Positions 32,862 through 42,433 of a DNA stretch of 64,000 bases are shown one piece after another (position 1 is the stretch's first letter; each line of letters begins with the position of its first letter). The stretch spans positions 1,813 to 65,812 of the forward strand of contig JAVXVI010000013.1 of NCBI GenBank assembly GCA_032230005.1, given 5' to 3'. The notes under the pieces are model-generated. The model had not been told where the DNA came from and ran no database searches. It worked only from the letters and a program-made list of their open reading frames with translations. This DNA is from Actinomycetota bacterium. Lineage in GTDB: Bacteria; Actinomycetota; Actinomycetes; Mycobacteriales; SCTD01. The position numbers were made by a program, and so were the translations under genes.

Positions 32862-33524
32862 TCAGCGCTCGAGGTCGTCCTCGTCGAGGTGCTCGCCGGT
32901 GACCAGGTAGGCCACCCGGCGCGCGACAGCGACAGCGTGGTCGGCGAGCCGCTCGTAGTAGCGGCCGGCCAACGTGATGTCGATGGCCGCCTCGGCGCCG
33001 TAGGACCAGCTGCTGCTGAGCATCGCCGTGAACAGCTTGCGGTGCAGCTCGTCCATGACGTCGTCGTCGCGGACGAGCTCGGCGGCCAGGGCGAGGTCAC
33101 GGCTGGCGATGACGGAGCCCGCCTTGACCGCGATCCGCTGCGCGGTCTGTCCCATCTCGAGGACAGTCGAGCGCAGCTCCGGAGGTACGGCCGAGGCCGG
33201 ATGCCGACGCCGTGCGATCTTCGCGAGGTGCACGGCGTAGTCGCCGGTGCGCTCGAGGTCGACGACCATCCGCAGGCTGGTGACGAGCACGCGCAGGTCG
33301 CCCGCGACGGGCTGCTGACGCGCGAGCAGGTCGAAGGCCTGCGACTCGATGGTGCGGTAGAGCTCGTTGATGACCTCGTCACCGGTGATGACCTGCTGCG
33401 CGAGGTCGAGGTCGGCATCGAGCAGCGCCGTGGTGGCGCGGCTGACAGCGGACCCGGCGAGCCGGCTCATCTCGACAAGACCGTCGCCGATGGCGTCGAG
33501 CTGCTCGTGGTAGCTGTCGCGCAC
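32862..33524 (-). CDS. phoU: phosphate signaling complex protein PhoU
   Basis: 220 aa with two PhoU repeats carrying D/E..ER.GD motifs (LERTGDYAVHLAK and YERLADHAVAVAR). It is divergent from phoR-phoP, as in Streptomyces. Confidence 0.9.
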   Translation of the reverse strand: MRDSYHEQLDAIGDGLVEMSRLAGSAVSRATTALLDADLDLAQQVITGDEVINELYRTIESQAFDLLARQQPVAGDLRVLVTSLRMVVDLERTGDYAVHLAKIARRRHPASAVPPELRSTVLEMGQTAQRIAVKAGSVIASRDLALAAELVRDDDVMDELHRKLFTAMLSSSWSYGAEAAIDITLAGRYYERLADHAVAVARRVAYLVTGEHLDEDDLER

Positions 33525-33642
33525 AGATCCTCCTCAGGGGGCGGCCCACAGTCTGCCGCGTGCGCGTGAACAGTGTGCCAACGGTCGGCGAACAACGGCC
33601 TCGCGGCGCGGCGCGGGTGCACGCGCGACCTACGCTTGCCCC

Positions 33643-34770
33643 GTGGTCGTCCTCGCCGCGGCACTGGGGCTGCTGGTCGGCGCTCTGGTCACCGCCCTGC
33701 TGCTCCGGCGGCCGGCCGAGCCGTCGGGCTTCGACGTACCGACGAGGTCGGTACCCGTGCCCGGGGTGCGCTCGGTTCTGGAGGCCCTGCCGGTCGCCGT
33801 CCTCGTGGTCGATGTCGCGGACGAGGTGCTCCTCGGCAACCGCGCCGCCCGCGACCTCGGCCTCATTCGCGACGGTGTCCTCGCGGCGATGCCGCAGCTG
33901 CGCCGGCTGGTGCGGCGGACCCGTCACGACATGGTGCCGCAGGAGGGCGACCTGCAGATGCCGCTTGCCGGGCTGCGGCGGGGTCCGGCCGTGCTGCTGG
34001 CGAGAGCGACCCCGGTCGGCGACGGGACGGTTGCCGTGCTGCTCGAGGACGTCACGGAGGCCCGGCGCCTGGAGGACGTACGACGCGACTTCGTCGCCAA
34101 CGTCTCGCACGAGCTCAAGACACCGGTCGGCGCGTTGAGCCTGCTCGCCGAGGCGCTTCAGGACGCGAGCGACGACCCCGCCGCCGTACGCCGCTTCGCC
34201 GGCCAGGCCCAATCCGAAGCACACCGGCTGGGGCGGCTCGTGCAGGAGCTGATCGACCTGTCGCGGCTGCAGGGCGCGGAGCGGCTGCCCGACCTCGAGA
34301 GCGTCGACGTGGACCGAGTCGTCAACGAGGCGGTCGATGGCACGCGCACGGCCGCGGACGCGCGCGGCATCAACCTGGTCTGCACGGGCGAGCCCGGGCT
34401 GGAGATCGCCGGCAGCGAGCGTCAGCTGGTGACCGCGCTGGTCAACCTGCTCGACAACGCCGTCAGCTACAGCGCCAACGGGACCACCGTCAGCGTCGAC
34501 ACCTCGCTCGTCGACGGGCAGGTCGAGATCCGCGTCTCGGACCAGGGCATCGGGATCGCCGAGAAGGACCTCGAGCGCGTCTTCGAGCGGTTCTACCGAG
34601 GCGACCCGGCCAGGTCGCGTACGACGGGGGGCACCGGGCTCGGACTGGCGATCGTCAAGCACGTCGCGACCAACCACGGGGGGACAGTGTCGGTGAGCAG
34701 CGTCGAGGGACTGGGGGCGACGTTCACGTTGCGCCTGCCGGCTGCCGCACGGCAATCGGTGTCGGCATGA
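33643..34770 (+). CDS. phoR: phosphate-sensing histidine kinase (PhoR / SenX3-type)
   Basis: One N-terminal TM, then a PAS-like region. H-box FVANVSHELKTPVGA, N-box NLLDNAVSYS, G-boxes SDQGIGI and GGTGLGLAIVKH. The stop overlaps the phoP start (ATGA). Confidence 0.85.
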   Translation: MVVLAAALGLLVGALVTALLLRRPAEPSGFDVPTRSVPVPGVRSVLEALPVAVLVVDVADEVLLGNRAARDLGLIRDGVLAAMPQLRRLVRRTRHDMVPQEGDLQMPLAGLRRGPAVLLARATPVGDGTVAVLLEDVTEARRLEDVRRDFVANVSHELKTPVGALSLLAEALQDASDDPAAVRRFAGQAQSEAHRLGRLVQELIDLSRLQGAERLPDLESVDVDRVVNEAVDGTRTAADARGINLVCTGEPGLEIAGSERQLVTALVNLLDNAVSYSANGTTVSVDTSLVDGQVEIRVSDQGIGIAEKDLERVFERFYRGDPARSRTTGGTGLGLAIVKHVATNHGGTVSVSSVEGLGATFTLRLPAAARQSVSA

Positions 34771-35447
34771 CGCGGCTGCTGGTCATCGAGGACGAGGCGT
34801 CCATCGCCGACCCACTGGCCTACATGCTCGAGCGTGAGGGCTTCGAGGTCGCGGTCGCGTCGACCGGGCCGGCCGGCCTGGAGGAGTTCGCCCGGTCCGG
34901 CGCCGACCTCGTGCTGCTCGACCTGATGCTGCCCGGTCTCGCCGGCACCGAGGTCTGCCGCGCGCTGCGCCAGACGTCCTCAGTCCCGATCATCATGCTG
35001 ACCGCGCGCGACAGCGAGGTCGACAAGGTGGTCGGCCTCGAGCTCGGCGCCGACGACTACGTCACCAAGCCGTTCAGCCATCGCGAGCTGGTGGCGCGCA
35101 TCAGGGCCGTGCTCCGCCGACAGACCGAGCCGGAGGACGTCGGCGCCGCTGCACTGGAGTCCGGGCCGGTGCGCATGGATGTCGACCGTCATCGGGTGAC
35201 CGTCGACGGCCAGCCGGTGCAGCTGCCCCTGAAGGAGTTCGAGCTGCTCGAGATCCTGCTGCGCAACGCCGGCCGGGTCCTCACCCGCCAGCAGCTCATC
35301 GACCGGGTGTGGGGCTCTGACTACGTCGGTGACACCAAGACGCTGGACGTGCACGTGAAGCGGCTGCGGGCGAAGCTCGAGCCGGAGCCGGGAGCACCGA
35401 AGTACCTGCTGACCGTTCGCGGCCTCGGCTACAAGTTCGAAGCCTGA
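34767..35447 (+). CDS. phoP: phosphate response regulator (PhoP / RegX3 ortholog), OmpR family
   Basis: MTRLLVIEDEASIADPLAYMLEREGFEVAVASTGPAGLEEF...DLVLLDLMLPGL.GTEVCR..R..S.VPIIMLTARDSE.DKVVGLELGADDYVTKPFS.RELVARIRAVLRR. This is near-identical in pattern to RegX3 and Streptomyces PhoP as I remember them. Confidence 0.85.
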   Translation: MTRLLVIEDEASIADPLAYMLEREGFEVAVASTGPAGLEEFARSGADLVLLDLMLPGLAGTEVCRALRQTSSVPIIMLTARDSEVDKVVGLELGADDYVTKPFSHRELVARIRAVLRRQTEPEDVGAAALESGPVRMDVDRHRVTVDGQPVQLPLKEFELLEILLRNAGRVLTRQQLIDRVWGSDYVGDTKTLDVHVKRLRAKLEPEPGAPKYLLTVRGLGYKFEA

Positions 35448-35451
35448 CCGG

Positions 35452-36228
35452 TCAGCCGAAGCGGCCGGTGATGTAGTCCTCGGTGCGCTTCTCGCCGGGA
35501 TTGCTGAAGATCTTCGGGGTCGAGTCGATCTCGACCAGCCGGCCCGGCGTGCCCGCACCGTCGATCGTGAAGAAGCCGGTCGTGTCCGAGACGCGGGCGG
35601 CCTGCTGCATGTTGTGGGTGACGATGACGATCGTGTAGCTGTCCTTGAGCTCGATCATCAGGTCCTCGATCGCGAGGGTGGAGATCGGGTCGAGCGCCGA
35701 GCATGGCTCGTCCATCAGAAGCACCTGGGGCTCCACGGCGATGGCCCGCGCGATGCACAGGCGCTGCTGCTGCCCACCGGACAGGCCGGCGCCGGGGCGG
35801 TTCAACCGGGTGCTGACCTCGCGCCACAGGTTGGCTCCCTGCAGCGACCGCTCGACGGCCGAGTCGAGCTCCGACTTCTTCTTCACGCCGTTCAGGCGGA
35901 GTCCCGACGCGACGTTGTCGTAGATGGACATCGTCGGGAACGGGTTCGGGCGCTGGAACACCATGCCGATGGTGCGTCGCACGCTGACCGGATCGACCCC
36001 GTCGCCGTAGACGTCGACGTCGTCCAGCGTGATGGTGCCCGAGACGCGGGTGCCGGGCTGCACCTCGTGCATGCGGTTGAGGGTGCGCAGGAACGTGCTC
36101 TTGCCGCAGCCGGACGGGCCGATCAGTGCGGTGATGCTCTTCGGCTCGATGACCATCGAGACGTCCTCGATCGCCTTGGTCTTGCCGTACCACGCACTCA
36201 CGTCCGTGCAGGCGATCCGCTTGGCCAC
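35452..36228 (-). CDS. pstB: phosphate ABC transporter ATP-binding protein PstB
   Basis: Walker [10 protein letters not shown], signature [14 protein letters not shown], Walker [12 protein letters not shown]. The PstB-typical C-terminus ...[19 protein letters not shown] is present. Confidence 0.95.
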   Translation of the reverse strand: MAKRIACTDVSAWYGKTKAIEDVSMVIEPKSITALIGPSGCGKSTFLRTLNRMHEVQPGTRVSGTITLDDVDVYGDGVDPVSVRRTIGMVFQRPNPFPTMSIYDNVASGLRLNGVKKKSELDSAVERSLQGANLWREVSTRLNRPGAGLSGGQQQRLCIARAIAVEPQVLLMDEPCSALDPISTLAIEDLMIELKDSYTIVIVTHNMQQAARVSDTTGFFTIDGAGTPGRLVEIDSTPKIFSNPGEKRTEDYITGRFG

Positions 36229-36241
36229 TGCGTCTGTCCTC

Positions 36242-37129
36242 TCAGCCGTGGACGCGGGAACGGCGGGCGATGGCGCGGGCGATCAGGTTCAGGACGACGA
36301 TGAGCCCCACCAGTGTGAGGGCACCGGCCCATGCTCTGTCCAACGCGACCTTCTGCGGCGCGCCAGCCTGACTGAAGATGAAGGTCGGGAGCGCCGCCTG
36401 CTGGCCCTTGAACGGGTTGACGTTGATGGCGTCGAAGTTCAGCGCGGTGAGCAGCAGCGGCGCCGTCTCGCCGGCGACGCGGGCGATCGCCAGCATGACG
36501 CCGGTGACGATGCCGGCCATGGCAGTGGGGAGTACGACCGACAGGATGGTGCGCCAGCGGGGTATGCCCAGGGCGAGCGCGGCCTCCCGGAGCGCGTCCG
36601 GGACCAGCTTGAGCATCTCTTCGGCCGAGCGGACGATCGTCGGCAGCATGAGGATCGTCAGGGCGAGCGCCGCGGCAAACCCGGAGAAACCCTGGTTGAG
36701 CGCGAGCACCCAGAAGGCGTAGATGAACAGCCCCGCGACGATCGAAGGGACGCCGGTCATCACATCGGTGAAGAACCGGATCAGCGAGGCAAGTCGCCCT
36801 CGGCCGTACTCCACGGTGTAGACAGCGGCCAGCAGCCCGAGCGGTACGGCGATGACTGTCGCGATGCCGACCTGCTCCAAGGTGCCGATGATCGCGTGGT
36901 AGGCCCCGCCGGTCCTGTCCAGCGGCCCCACGCCGCGCATCGAGTGCTGGAGGAAGTAGCCGCCGAAGCGGCTCAGCCCCTTGACGACGGTGAAGTACAG
37001 GACCGAGGCGAGTGGCAGTAACGCAGCGGCGACCGCCAGCCCCATGAGGACGGTCGCGAACCGGTTGACGAACCGCCGCCGTACGCCGCCACGACTTGCC
37101 GAGGCGAGGGCGACCACGTCGGTGCTCAT
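36242..37129 (-). CDS. pstA: phosphate ABC transporter permease PstA
   Basis: 295 aa, 6 TM, with the EAA-like loop [21 protein letters not shown]. The ATG overlaps the pstC stop (ATGA). Confidence 0.9.
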   Translation of the reverse strand: MSTDVVALASASRGGVRRRFVNRFATVLMGLAVAAALLPLASVLYFTVVKGLSRFGGYFLQHSMRGVGPLDRTGGAYHAIIGTLEQVGIATVIAVPLGLLAAVYTVEYGRGRLASLIRFFTDVMTGVPSIVAGLFIYAFWVLALNQGFSGFAAALALTILMLPTIVRSAEEMLKLVPDALREAALALGIPRWRTILSVVLPTAMAGIVTGVMLAIARVAGETAPLLLTALNFDAINVNPFKGQQAALPTFIFSQAGAPQKVALDRAWAGALTLVGLIVVLNLIARAIARRSRVHG

Positions 37130-38121
37130 GCCGGCCCCTCGAGTCGCCGGGCGCTGCGGTAGACGATGCCCCGGGCGGCCAGGTTGACCACGAAGGTGAT
37201 GACGAACAGCACGAGCCCGCTGGCGATCAGCGCGCCGCGGCCGGTCGGGCCGTACTCCGCGAACTTCGTCGCGATGTTGGCCGCGATCGTGTTGCCGCCC
37301 GGGCCGAGGATCTTCGCGCTGATCTCGAAGTTCGACAGCAGGACCAGCGCGACAGCGATCGTCTCGCCGAGGGCGCGGCCGAGCCCGAGCATGATCGCAG
37401 CCGTCACCCCGGGTCGGCTGAAGGGCAGCACGGCGGTGCGGATCATCTCCCAGCGCGTTGCGCCGAGAGCGTAGGCCGCCTCCCGGTTCCCGGCCGGCAC
37501 CTGCAGGAAGATCTCGCGAGACAGCGCGGCGATGATCGGCAGGATCATGATGGCCAGGACGACCGAGGCGAGGAAGATCGACCGGCCGTACCGGCCGCCC
37601 GTGTCGCCGAACAGCGGGATCCAGCCCAGGCCGCTGTGCAGTGCCTTCGAGATGGGCACGATCTTGTCATTGAGGTAGGCGACACCCCAGAGCCCGTAGA
37701 CGACGCTCGGCACGGCCGCCAGCAGGTCGACCAGGCTCCCGAGCAGCGCTGCGAGCCGGCGGTGTGCGACCTGGGTGATGAACAGGGCGACTCCGAGCGC
37801 GACCGGCACCGCCATGACGACGGCCAGGGCCGACGAGAGGACGGTGCCGAAGGCCAGCGCGGCCACGCCGAAGACGGGCGGCGCCGCTTCCGGCAGGAAG
37901 TCCTTCGTGCTCAGGAAGCCGGCGGTATCGGCACGGAGCGCCGGGATGGCCTTGGCGACGAGGAACACCCCGATCCCGCCGATGATGACCAGCAGGGTGA
38001 TGCCGGCGGCGCCGGACAGACCACGGAAGATCTTGTCGCCCCGCCGACCGCCCGCCGAGGCGTCCTTCGAGGCGGCGAGCGGGGTCAGCCCACCCCCGGC
38101 GAGTGCGGGTGCATCACTCAT
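37126..38121 (-). CDS. pstC: phosphate ABC transporter permease PstC
   Basis: 331 aa with the loop REAAYALGATRWEMIRTAVLPFSRPG. It sits between pstS and pstA. Confidence 0.9.
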   Translation of the reverse strand: MSDAPALAGGGLTPLAASKDASAGGRRGDKIFRGLSGAAGITLLVIIGGIGVFLVAKAIPALRADTAGFLSTKDFLPEAAPPVFGVAALAFGTVLSSALAVVMAVPVALGVALFITQVAHRRLAALLGSLVDLLAAVPSVVYGLWGVAYLNDKIVPISKALHSGLGWIPLFGDTGGRYGRSIFLASVVLAIMILPIIAALSREIFLQVPAGNREAAYALGATRWEMIRTAVLPFSRPGVTAAIMLGLGRALGETIAVALVLLSNFEISAKILGPGGNTIAANIATKFAEYGPTGRGALIASGLVLFVITFVVNLAARGIVYRSARRLEGPA

Positions 38122-38174
38122 AGGGCTGCAGTGTGCCTCTCGCTCGGGCGGACCGGCTGGCGGGGGGACGGCCT

Positions 38175-38206
38175 CCGCCCGCTCCCCTCGAAAGGGGAGC
38201 GGGCGG
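38175..38206 (-). other. intercistronic pstS-pstC stem-loop (14-bp perfect stem, UUCG loop on the mRNA)
   Basis: CCGCCCGCTCCCCT-cgaa-AGGGGAGCGGGCGG. The loop reads UUCG on the transcribed (minus) strand. The structure lies 28 nt downstream of the pstS stop, inside the 112-nt pstS-pstC spacer. Confidence 0.6.
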
Positions 38207-38233
38207 CGGGGAAGAGCGGTACGGAGACGAGGG

Positions 38234-39349
38234 CTACGCGAGCCCGTCGATCGCCGTCTTCACCTTGTCCGCGATGGTCTGCGGCAGGGGGGCGAACCCG
38301 AGCCCGTCGGCTGCGGACTGTCCCGTCGTGACGTCGTACGTCAGGAACGCCTTCAGCAGCGCCAGCTTCGCCGGCGGGGTCCCCTTCGAGCAGACGATCT
38401 CGTACGAGAGCGCCGTGATCGGGTAGGCACCCGGCGTGGTGTTGGCGAAGTCGTACTTGACCTGCAGGTCGTTGCCGGAGGCCGGCAGCGTGGCGCCCTC
38501 GAGCGCCTTGCCGACGGACACGCCGTCCAGGGCGGCGTACTCACCCGCCCCGTTCTTGACCTTCGCGACGCCGAGGCCGCTCGCCGTTGCGTACGAGACC
38601 TCCGCGTAGGTCACGGCGCCGTCGCTGCCGGCGACGGCCTGGGTGACGCCGTCAGAGCCCTTGGCGCCCTGAATGCTGGCCGGCCACTTGAGCTCCTTGC
38701 CCTCACCCAGCTTCCAGCTCGCGGACGCCGTGGCGTTGACGAACTTGGAGAACACGCTGGTCGTGCCGGACGAGTCGCTCCGGTGCACTGCCGTGATGCC
38801 TGTGCTGGGCAGCGAGGCGCCCGGGTTGTCGGCCTTGACGGCCGGGTCGTCCCACTTCTTGATGGTGCCCTGGAAGATGCCGGCGATCGTCGCCGGCGAC
38901 AGCTGCAGGTCCTTGACCGACGACAGCTTGTACATGATCGCGATGCCACCCGCGGTGATCGGCAGGTGGATCGCCGGTGCGCCGCAGCGCTTGTCCGCGG
39001 CGGCCTGCTCGTCAGGCTTCATCACCGAGTCGGAACCGGCGAAGTCGATCGTGTTGGCGCCGAACTGCGTGATTCCCGCGCCGGAGCCGACGCCCTGGTA
39101 GTCGATGGTGGCTCCGCTGCAGGCGGCCCCGAAGTCCTTGATCCACTGGGCCACGATGTTCTTCTGGAAGGTCGAACCGGCGCCCTTGAGGTCGCCGGTC
39201 GCGCAGTTGGTCGCCGCGCTCGATGCGCTGGCGCCACCGGTGGAAGCGCTGTTGGTGGTGCCGCCCTGCGAGTCACTCCCGCAGGCCGACAGAGCGACCG
39301 CGCCGGCCGCCGCAAGCACCACAAGCCGGGCTCCTCGCCACGTGCTCAA
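38234..39349 (-). CDS. pstS: phosphate ABC transporter substrate-binding lipoprotein PstS
   Basis: The TTG at 39349 has GAGGGG upstream. Lipobox VALSAC. Core sequence: GAGSTFQKNIVAQWIKDF...IDYQGVGSGAGITQF..NTIDFAGSD. Track ORF 38234..39580 was trimmed; an ATG at 39397 is an alternative start. Confidence 0.9.
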   Translation of the reverse strand: MSTWRGARLVVLAAAGAVALSACGSDSQGGTTNSASTGGASASSAATNCATGDLKGAGSTFQKNIVAQWIKDFGAACSGATIDYQGVGSGAGITQFGANTIDFAGSDSVMKPDEQAAADKRCGAPAIHLPITAGGIAIMYKLSSVKDLQLSPATIAGIFQGTIKKWDDPAVKADNPGASLPSTGITAVHRSDSSGTTSVFSKFVNATASASWKLGEGKELKWPASIQGAKGSDGVTQAVAGSDGAVTYAEVSYATASGLGVAKVKNGAGEYAALDGVSVGKALEGATLPASGNDLQVKYDFANTTPGAYPITALSYEIVCSKGTPPAKLALLKAFLTYDVTTGQSAADGLGFAPLPQTIADKVKTAIDGLA

Positions 39350-39431
39350 TGTGTTCCCCTCGATGCGTCTGTGCCGGCTCCCCGCCGGCCTGCACATGAC
39401 GCTAGGCAGGCGACATGGACCATCGGGGGTC

Positions 39432-39453
39432 GACAGGTGAACCGCGGATGAAC
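39432..39453 (-). promoter_or_regulatory. PHO box: two 11-nt direct repeat units upstream of pstS
   Basis: The minus strand reads GTTCATCCGCG GTTCACCTGTC. This matches the Streptomyces-type PhoP direct-repeat unit (G-[GT]-TCA-Y-Y-Y-R-[GC]-G). It lies 83-104 nt upstream of the proposed pstS start. Confidence 0.6.
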
Positions 39454-39509
39454 GACTCCCGGCGCTTCGTCCCACGGTGCGTGACACCCGCCACACCGGG
39501 GCAGGGGGA

Positions 39510-40250
39510 TCAGTCGGAAGCGGCCAGTTGAGGCACCGCTCCGGCCACTCGAAGAGACGCCCGCAGCTCACCGGGCACATCGGAGATGAGCGCGTCCACG
39601 TCGAGCAGGCGCAGCAGGCGGGCGTCGACCGGACGGTTCACCGTCCATACCCGCACCGCGAGTCCCTGGGCGTGCGCGGCGGCGACCAGCTCCGGCGCGG
39701 CGAAGATCGTCCTGGCCGGGACGTGCAAGGCCCGGTCACCCCGCGTTACTGCCTGGGCGAGGATCCGGCTCGACGGCTCGGCGCCGGTGAGGATCACGGC
39801 GCGCTCCACCCGGGGCGCCATCGCGGCACATGCCTCCAGGACCGAGCCGTCGAAGGACGAGAGCACCAGCTGCTGGTGGGGATCAGCCGCTGCCGCCACC
39901 GCCTCGGCAACAGCGGCCAGCAGCGCGCGCGGCCGCTGCTCGGGCTTGAGGTCGAGCACGACCCGGCCGCGTCCCGCCAGCAGCGCGAAGACGTCGGCCA
40001 CCGTGGGAACGGGGTGCCCGGCAACCCGGACGGCCGTCAGCTCGGCCCTGGTCAGGCTCCGCACACCGCGGGCGACTCCGGCGACCCGCTGCAGCCCTGC
40101 GTCGTGGCAGCAGACCGCGACGCCGTCCGCCGTCAGGCGGACATCGACCTCCACGCCGTCGGCGCCCTCGGCCAGGGCCGCCGACACGGCGGCCAGCGTG
40201 TTCTCGGGTGTTTCCGGCGCGGGCCGGCCGCGATGTCCCAGGATCTCCAT
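39510..40250 (-). CDS. glycerophosphodiester phosphodiesterase (GDPD family)
   Basis: Starts at ATG 40250: MEILGHRGRPAPETPENTLAAVSAALAEGADGVEVDVRLTADGVAVCCHD, the canonical GDPD N-terminus (HRG...ENT...E.D). Track ORF was trimmed from 40340. Confidence 0.85.
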   Translation of the reverse strand: MEILGHRGRPAPETPENTLAAVSAALAEGADGVEVDVRLTADGVAVCCHDAGLQRVAGVARGVRSLTRAELTAVRVAGHPVPTVADVFALLAGRGRVVLDLKPEQRPRALLAAVAEAVAAAADPHQQLVLSSFDGSVLEACAAMAPRVERAVILTGAEPSSRILAQAVTRGDRALHVPARTIFAAPELVAAAHAQGLAVRVWTVNRPVDARLLRLLDVDALISDVPGELRASLRVAGAVPQLAASD

Positions 40251-40330
40251 GCGCCCGACGGTGACCGAGCCCGGCGACGTCCGGGCGGCTCCAGCGTGGC
40301 GCGTGGATGAACTCCCGGCACCAGGGGCTC

Positions 40331-40352
40331 GTTCATCCACTGTTCACTTTCG
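40331..40352 (+). promoter_or_regulatory. PHO box-like pair of direct repeat units in the GDPD / small-gene divergent region
   Basis: The plus strand reads GTTCATCCACT GTTCACTTTCG, 43-64 nt upstream of ATG 40395. An additional single unit GTTCATCCACG lies on the minus strand at 40302-40312, about 52 nt upstream of the GDPD start. Confidence 0.5.
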
Positions 40353-40394
40353 GGCACTTGCCCTTCATGCACGCGAGGACGGCATGCTCCGGTC

Positions 40395-40616
40395 ATGGCG
40401 TTGCACACCGGGATGCACATCGACGAGTCCGCGCAGCTCAGCACCGTCAAGGCGGCGCTCCAGCGACGCTTCGCCGGGCAGGTGCCGGACGAGACCATCG
40501 CGCGCGAGGTCGACAAGGGGCTCGAGGAGTTCTCTTCCGCCACCGTGCGCACCTTCATCCCGGTGCTGCTGCAGAAGCGGGTCACAGACCGGCTGCGCGG
40601 GCTTCGCTCGGCCTGA
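40395..40616 (+). CDS. small 'three-helix-bundle dimerization domain'-like protein (hypothetical)
   Basis: 73 aa: ...LSTVKAALQRRFAGQVPDETIAREVDKGLEEFSSATVRTFIPVLLQKRVTDRLRGL. It resembles the N-terminal helical domain family seen fused to or next to low-MW phosphatase-like proteins in actinobacteria (recalled from memory). An alternative start at 40413 is possible. Confidence 0.45.
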   Translation: MALHTGMHIDESAQLSTVKAALQRRFAGQVPDETIAREVDKGLEEFSSATVRTFIPVLLQKRVTDRLRGLRSA

Positions 40617-40684
40617 GGTCTCACGTCAGCTCGCTTGTTGCCGCGAACAGGGCATGCTGAAGGGCACTGACCCGAGGAGCGCCC

Positions 40685-41053
40685 GTGAGCAGCGCCACGC
40701 CCCCGCGGCGAGCCCGCCGACCGCTGTCCGGCGGCAAGGTCTTCCGCGGTGTGCTCGATGCGCGGCCGTACGTGATGCCCGAGGTCACGTCCCGGGACTG
40801 GGCGCAGATCCCGCCTCGTCAGGTGCGGCTCGACGACTTGATCACGGTGAAGGCAGAGCTTCGACTCGATGTCCTGCTCGCCGAGGACTCGACGTTCTAC
40901 GGCGACATGTTCGGTCACGTCATCGCCTGGCAGGGCGACCTCTACCTGGATGACGGCCTGCATCGCGCCGTACAAGCGGCTCTGCACCAGCGGTCCACGC
41001 TGCACGTGCGCATCGCGCGGCTGTCCGACGACGGTGACTGGCTCGGGGCCTGA
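40685..41053 (+). CDS. conserved hypothetical protein, possibly ParB/Srx-fold-like
   Basis: GTG start with GAGGAG 5 nt upstream. Sequence: ...VRLDDLITVKAELRLDVLLAEDSTFYGDMFGHVIAWQGDLYLDDGLHRAVQAALHQRSTLHVRIARL. The segment DDGLHRA..A is reminiscent of the DGHHR motif of ParB/sulfiredoxin-fold proteins. This similarity is weak and inferred only. Confidence 0.45.
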   Translation: MSSATPPRRARRPLSGGKVFRGVLDARPYVMPEVTSRDWAQIPPRQVRLDDLITVKAELRLDVLLAEDSTFYGDMFGHVIAWQGDLYLDDGLHRAVQAALHQRSTLHVRIARLSDDGDWLGA

Positions 41054-41054
41054 C

Positions 41055-42380
41055 TCAGGTCCATGAGCGGGACGATCGCGGCTCCTCATGATCAGCGGTC
41101 GGGGCGACGTCGGGCGCCGGCGCCGCAGCGGGCAGCGGCCCCGAGGCTGCAGGACACATGATCGCGGCCAGTGCCGTCGTGACGGGAACGGCGGCGATCA
41201 ACCCGATGCTGCCCACGAGTGTCCGCACGACCTCCTCCGCAACAACCGCGTTGGTCGCGGTGCCGACCAGGCCGTCGCCGGACGTGGCGAAGATGACCAG
41301 CAGCGGCATCGACGCACCTGCATAGGCGAGCAGCAGGGTGTTCACGGTCGACGCGATGTGGTCCCTGCCGACGCGCAGCGCCGCCGCGTAGAGCTCCGGC
41401 GTCGGCATGGCCGCGTTGGCGTTGCGCAGCTCCCAGACGGTCGAGACCTGCGTGACCGTGATGTCGTCGAGGATGCCGAGCGCGCCGATGACGATCCCCG
41501 CCAGGAGAAGGCCGCGCAGGTCGATCTGCCCGAACAGCGAACGGACGTAGACGGCCTCGTCACTGGTGAGGCCGGTGAGGCTGGTGGCCTTCACGAAGAC
41601 GAACGACAGGACGAGGATCAGCAGCAGCGCGAGCCCCGTGCCGACCATCGCAGTCGCCGTGCGGATGTTCGGGCCGTGAGCGAGCACCAGGACGAGGATC
41701 ATGACGGCGCTCGCACCCACCACTGCGGTCAGCACCGCCGGGCGGCCTGCGAGCAGCGCCGGCACCATGAACTCGATGAGCACGACCAGGCTCAGGCCGA
41801 GGCCGACGAGCGAGAGCGCGCCGCGCAGGCGGCCGAGGACGACGACGGCGAGGACGAACAGGCCGGCCAGCAGCAGGAGCGGACGGCCGCGCTGTACGTC
41901 GATCAGCTCGTAGCGGCTGTCGAGGGGCAGCGAGCCGGCCCCTCGGAAGAGCACGACGTGCTGCCCCACATGCGTGCTGGCGGCCTGGTCGACACCCACG
42001 AAGAGCTCGAGGCTCTGCCCCTTCTCCGGCCCTTCGTCGATGTGCACGCGGGCGCGGGAGCAGCCGTCCGGTGTCCCCTTGTCCGTCGCGCCAGGGTCGA
42101 GCAGCTGGCCGCACGACGCGCGCAGCAGGGTCGTGACCGTCGCTCGGATGCGGTCACCTGCGTCGCCCTTGGGTGCGCTCGCCGACGACGGTGGCCAGAG
42201 CGCGACCAGCCCGACGACGGTTGCTGCCACCAGCAGCAGCACAGCGCCGAACAGCACGCTGCGACCGCGGGTCAGGCTCGGGCTCGGCGCGTCGTGCGCG
42301 TGGGCGTGTGCGTGTGCGTGATCGTGCGCGTCCACAGCCCTCCCCGAGTCGCGGCGGTCAGCGCATCTTGGCATCGTCAC
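41055..42380 (-). CDS. YibE/F-like multi-pass membrane protein with N-terminal His-Ala repeat
   Basis: 441 aa. The N-terminus DAHDHAHAHAHAHD is followed by one TM, a soluble roughly 100-aa loop, and then about 7 TM segments (pattern of the YibE/F family as I recall it). Confidence 0.6.
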   Translation of the reverse strand: MTMPRCADRRDSGRAVDAHDHAHAHAHAHDAPSPSLTRGRSVLFGAVLLLVAATVVGLVALWPPSSASAPKGDAGDRIRATVTTLLRASCGQLLDPGATDKGTPDGCSRARVHIDEGPEKGQSLELFVGVDQAASTHVGQHVVLFRGAGSLPLDSRYELIDVQRGRPLLLLAGLFVLAVVVLGRLRGALSLVGLGLSLVVLIEFMVPALLAGRPAVLTAVVGASAVMILVLVLAHGPNIRTATAMVGTGLALLLILVLSFVFVKATSLTGLTSDEAVYVRSLFGQIDLRGLLLAGIVIGALGILDDITVTQVSTVWELRNANAAMPTPELYAAALRVGRDHIASTVNTLLLAYAGASMPLLVIFATSGDGLVGTATNAVVAEEVVRTLVGSIGLIAAVPVTTALAAIMCPAASGPLPAAAPAPDVAPTADHEEPRSSRSWT

Positions 42381-42433
42381 TCGGGCGGTGCCCCCGCACC
42401 GTGACTGCAGCGAGGTCCTGGAAAGATGTGCGC

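Noticed and set aside
39477-40953. Plus-strand ORFs 39477..40310 and 39586..40953 overlapping the GDPD gene
   Set aside because: Both are Arg/Ser/Pro-rich antisense translations of a well-supported GDPD gene. They show no motifs.
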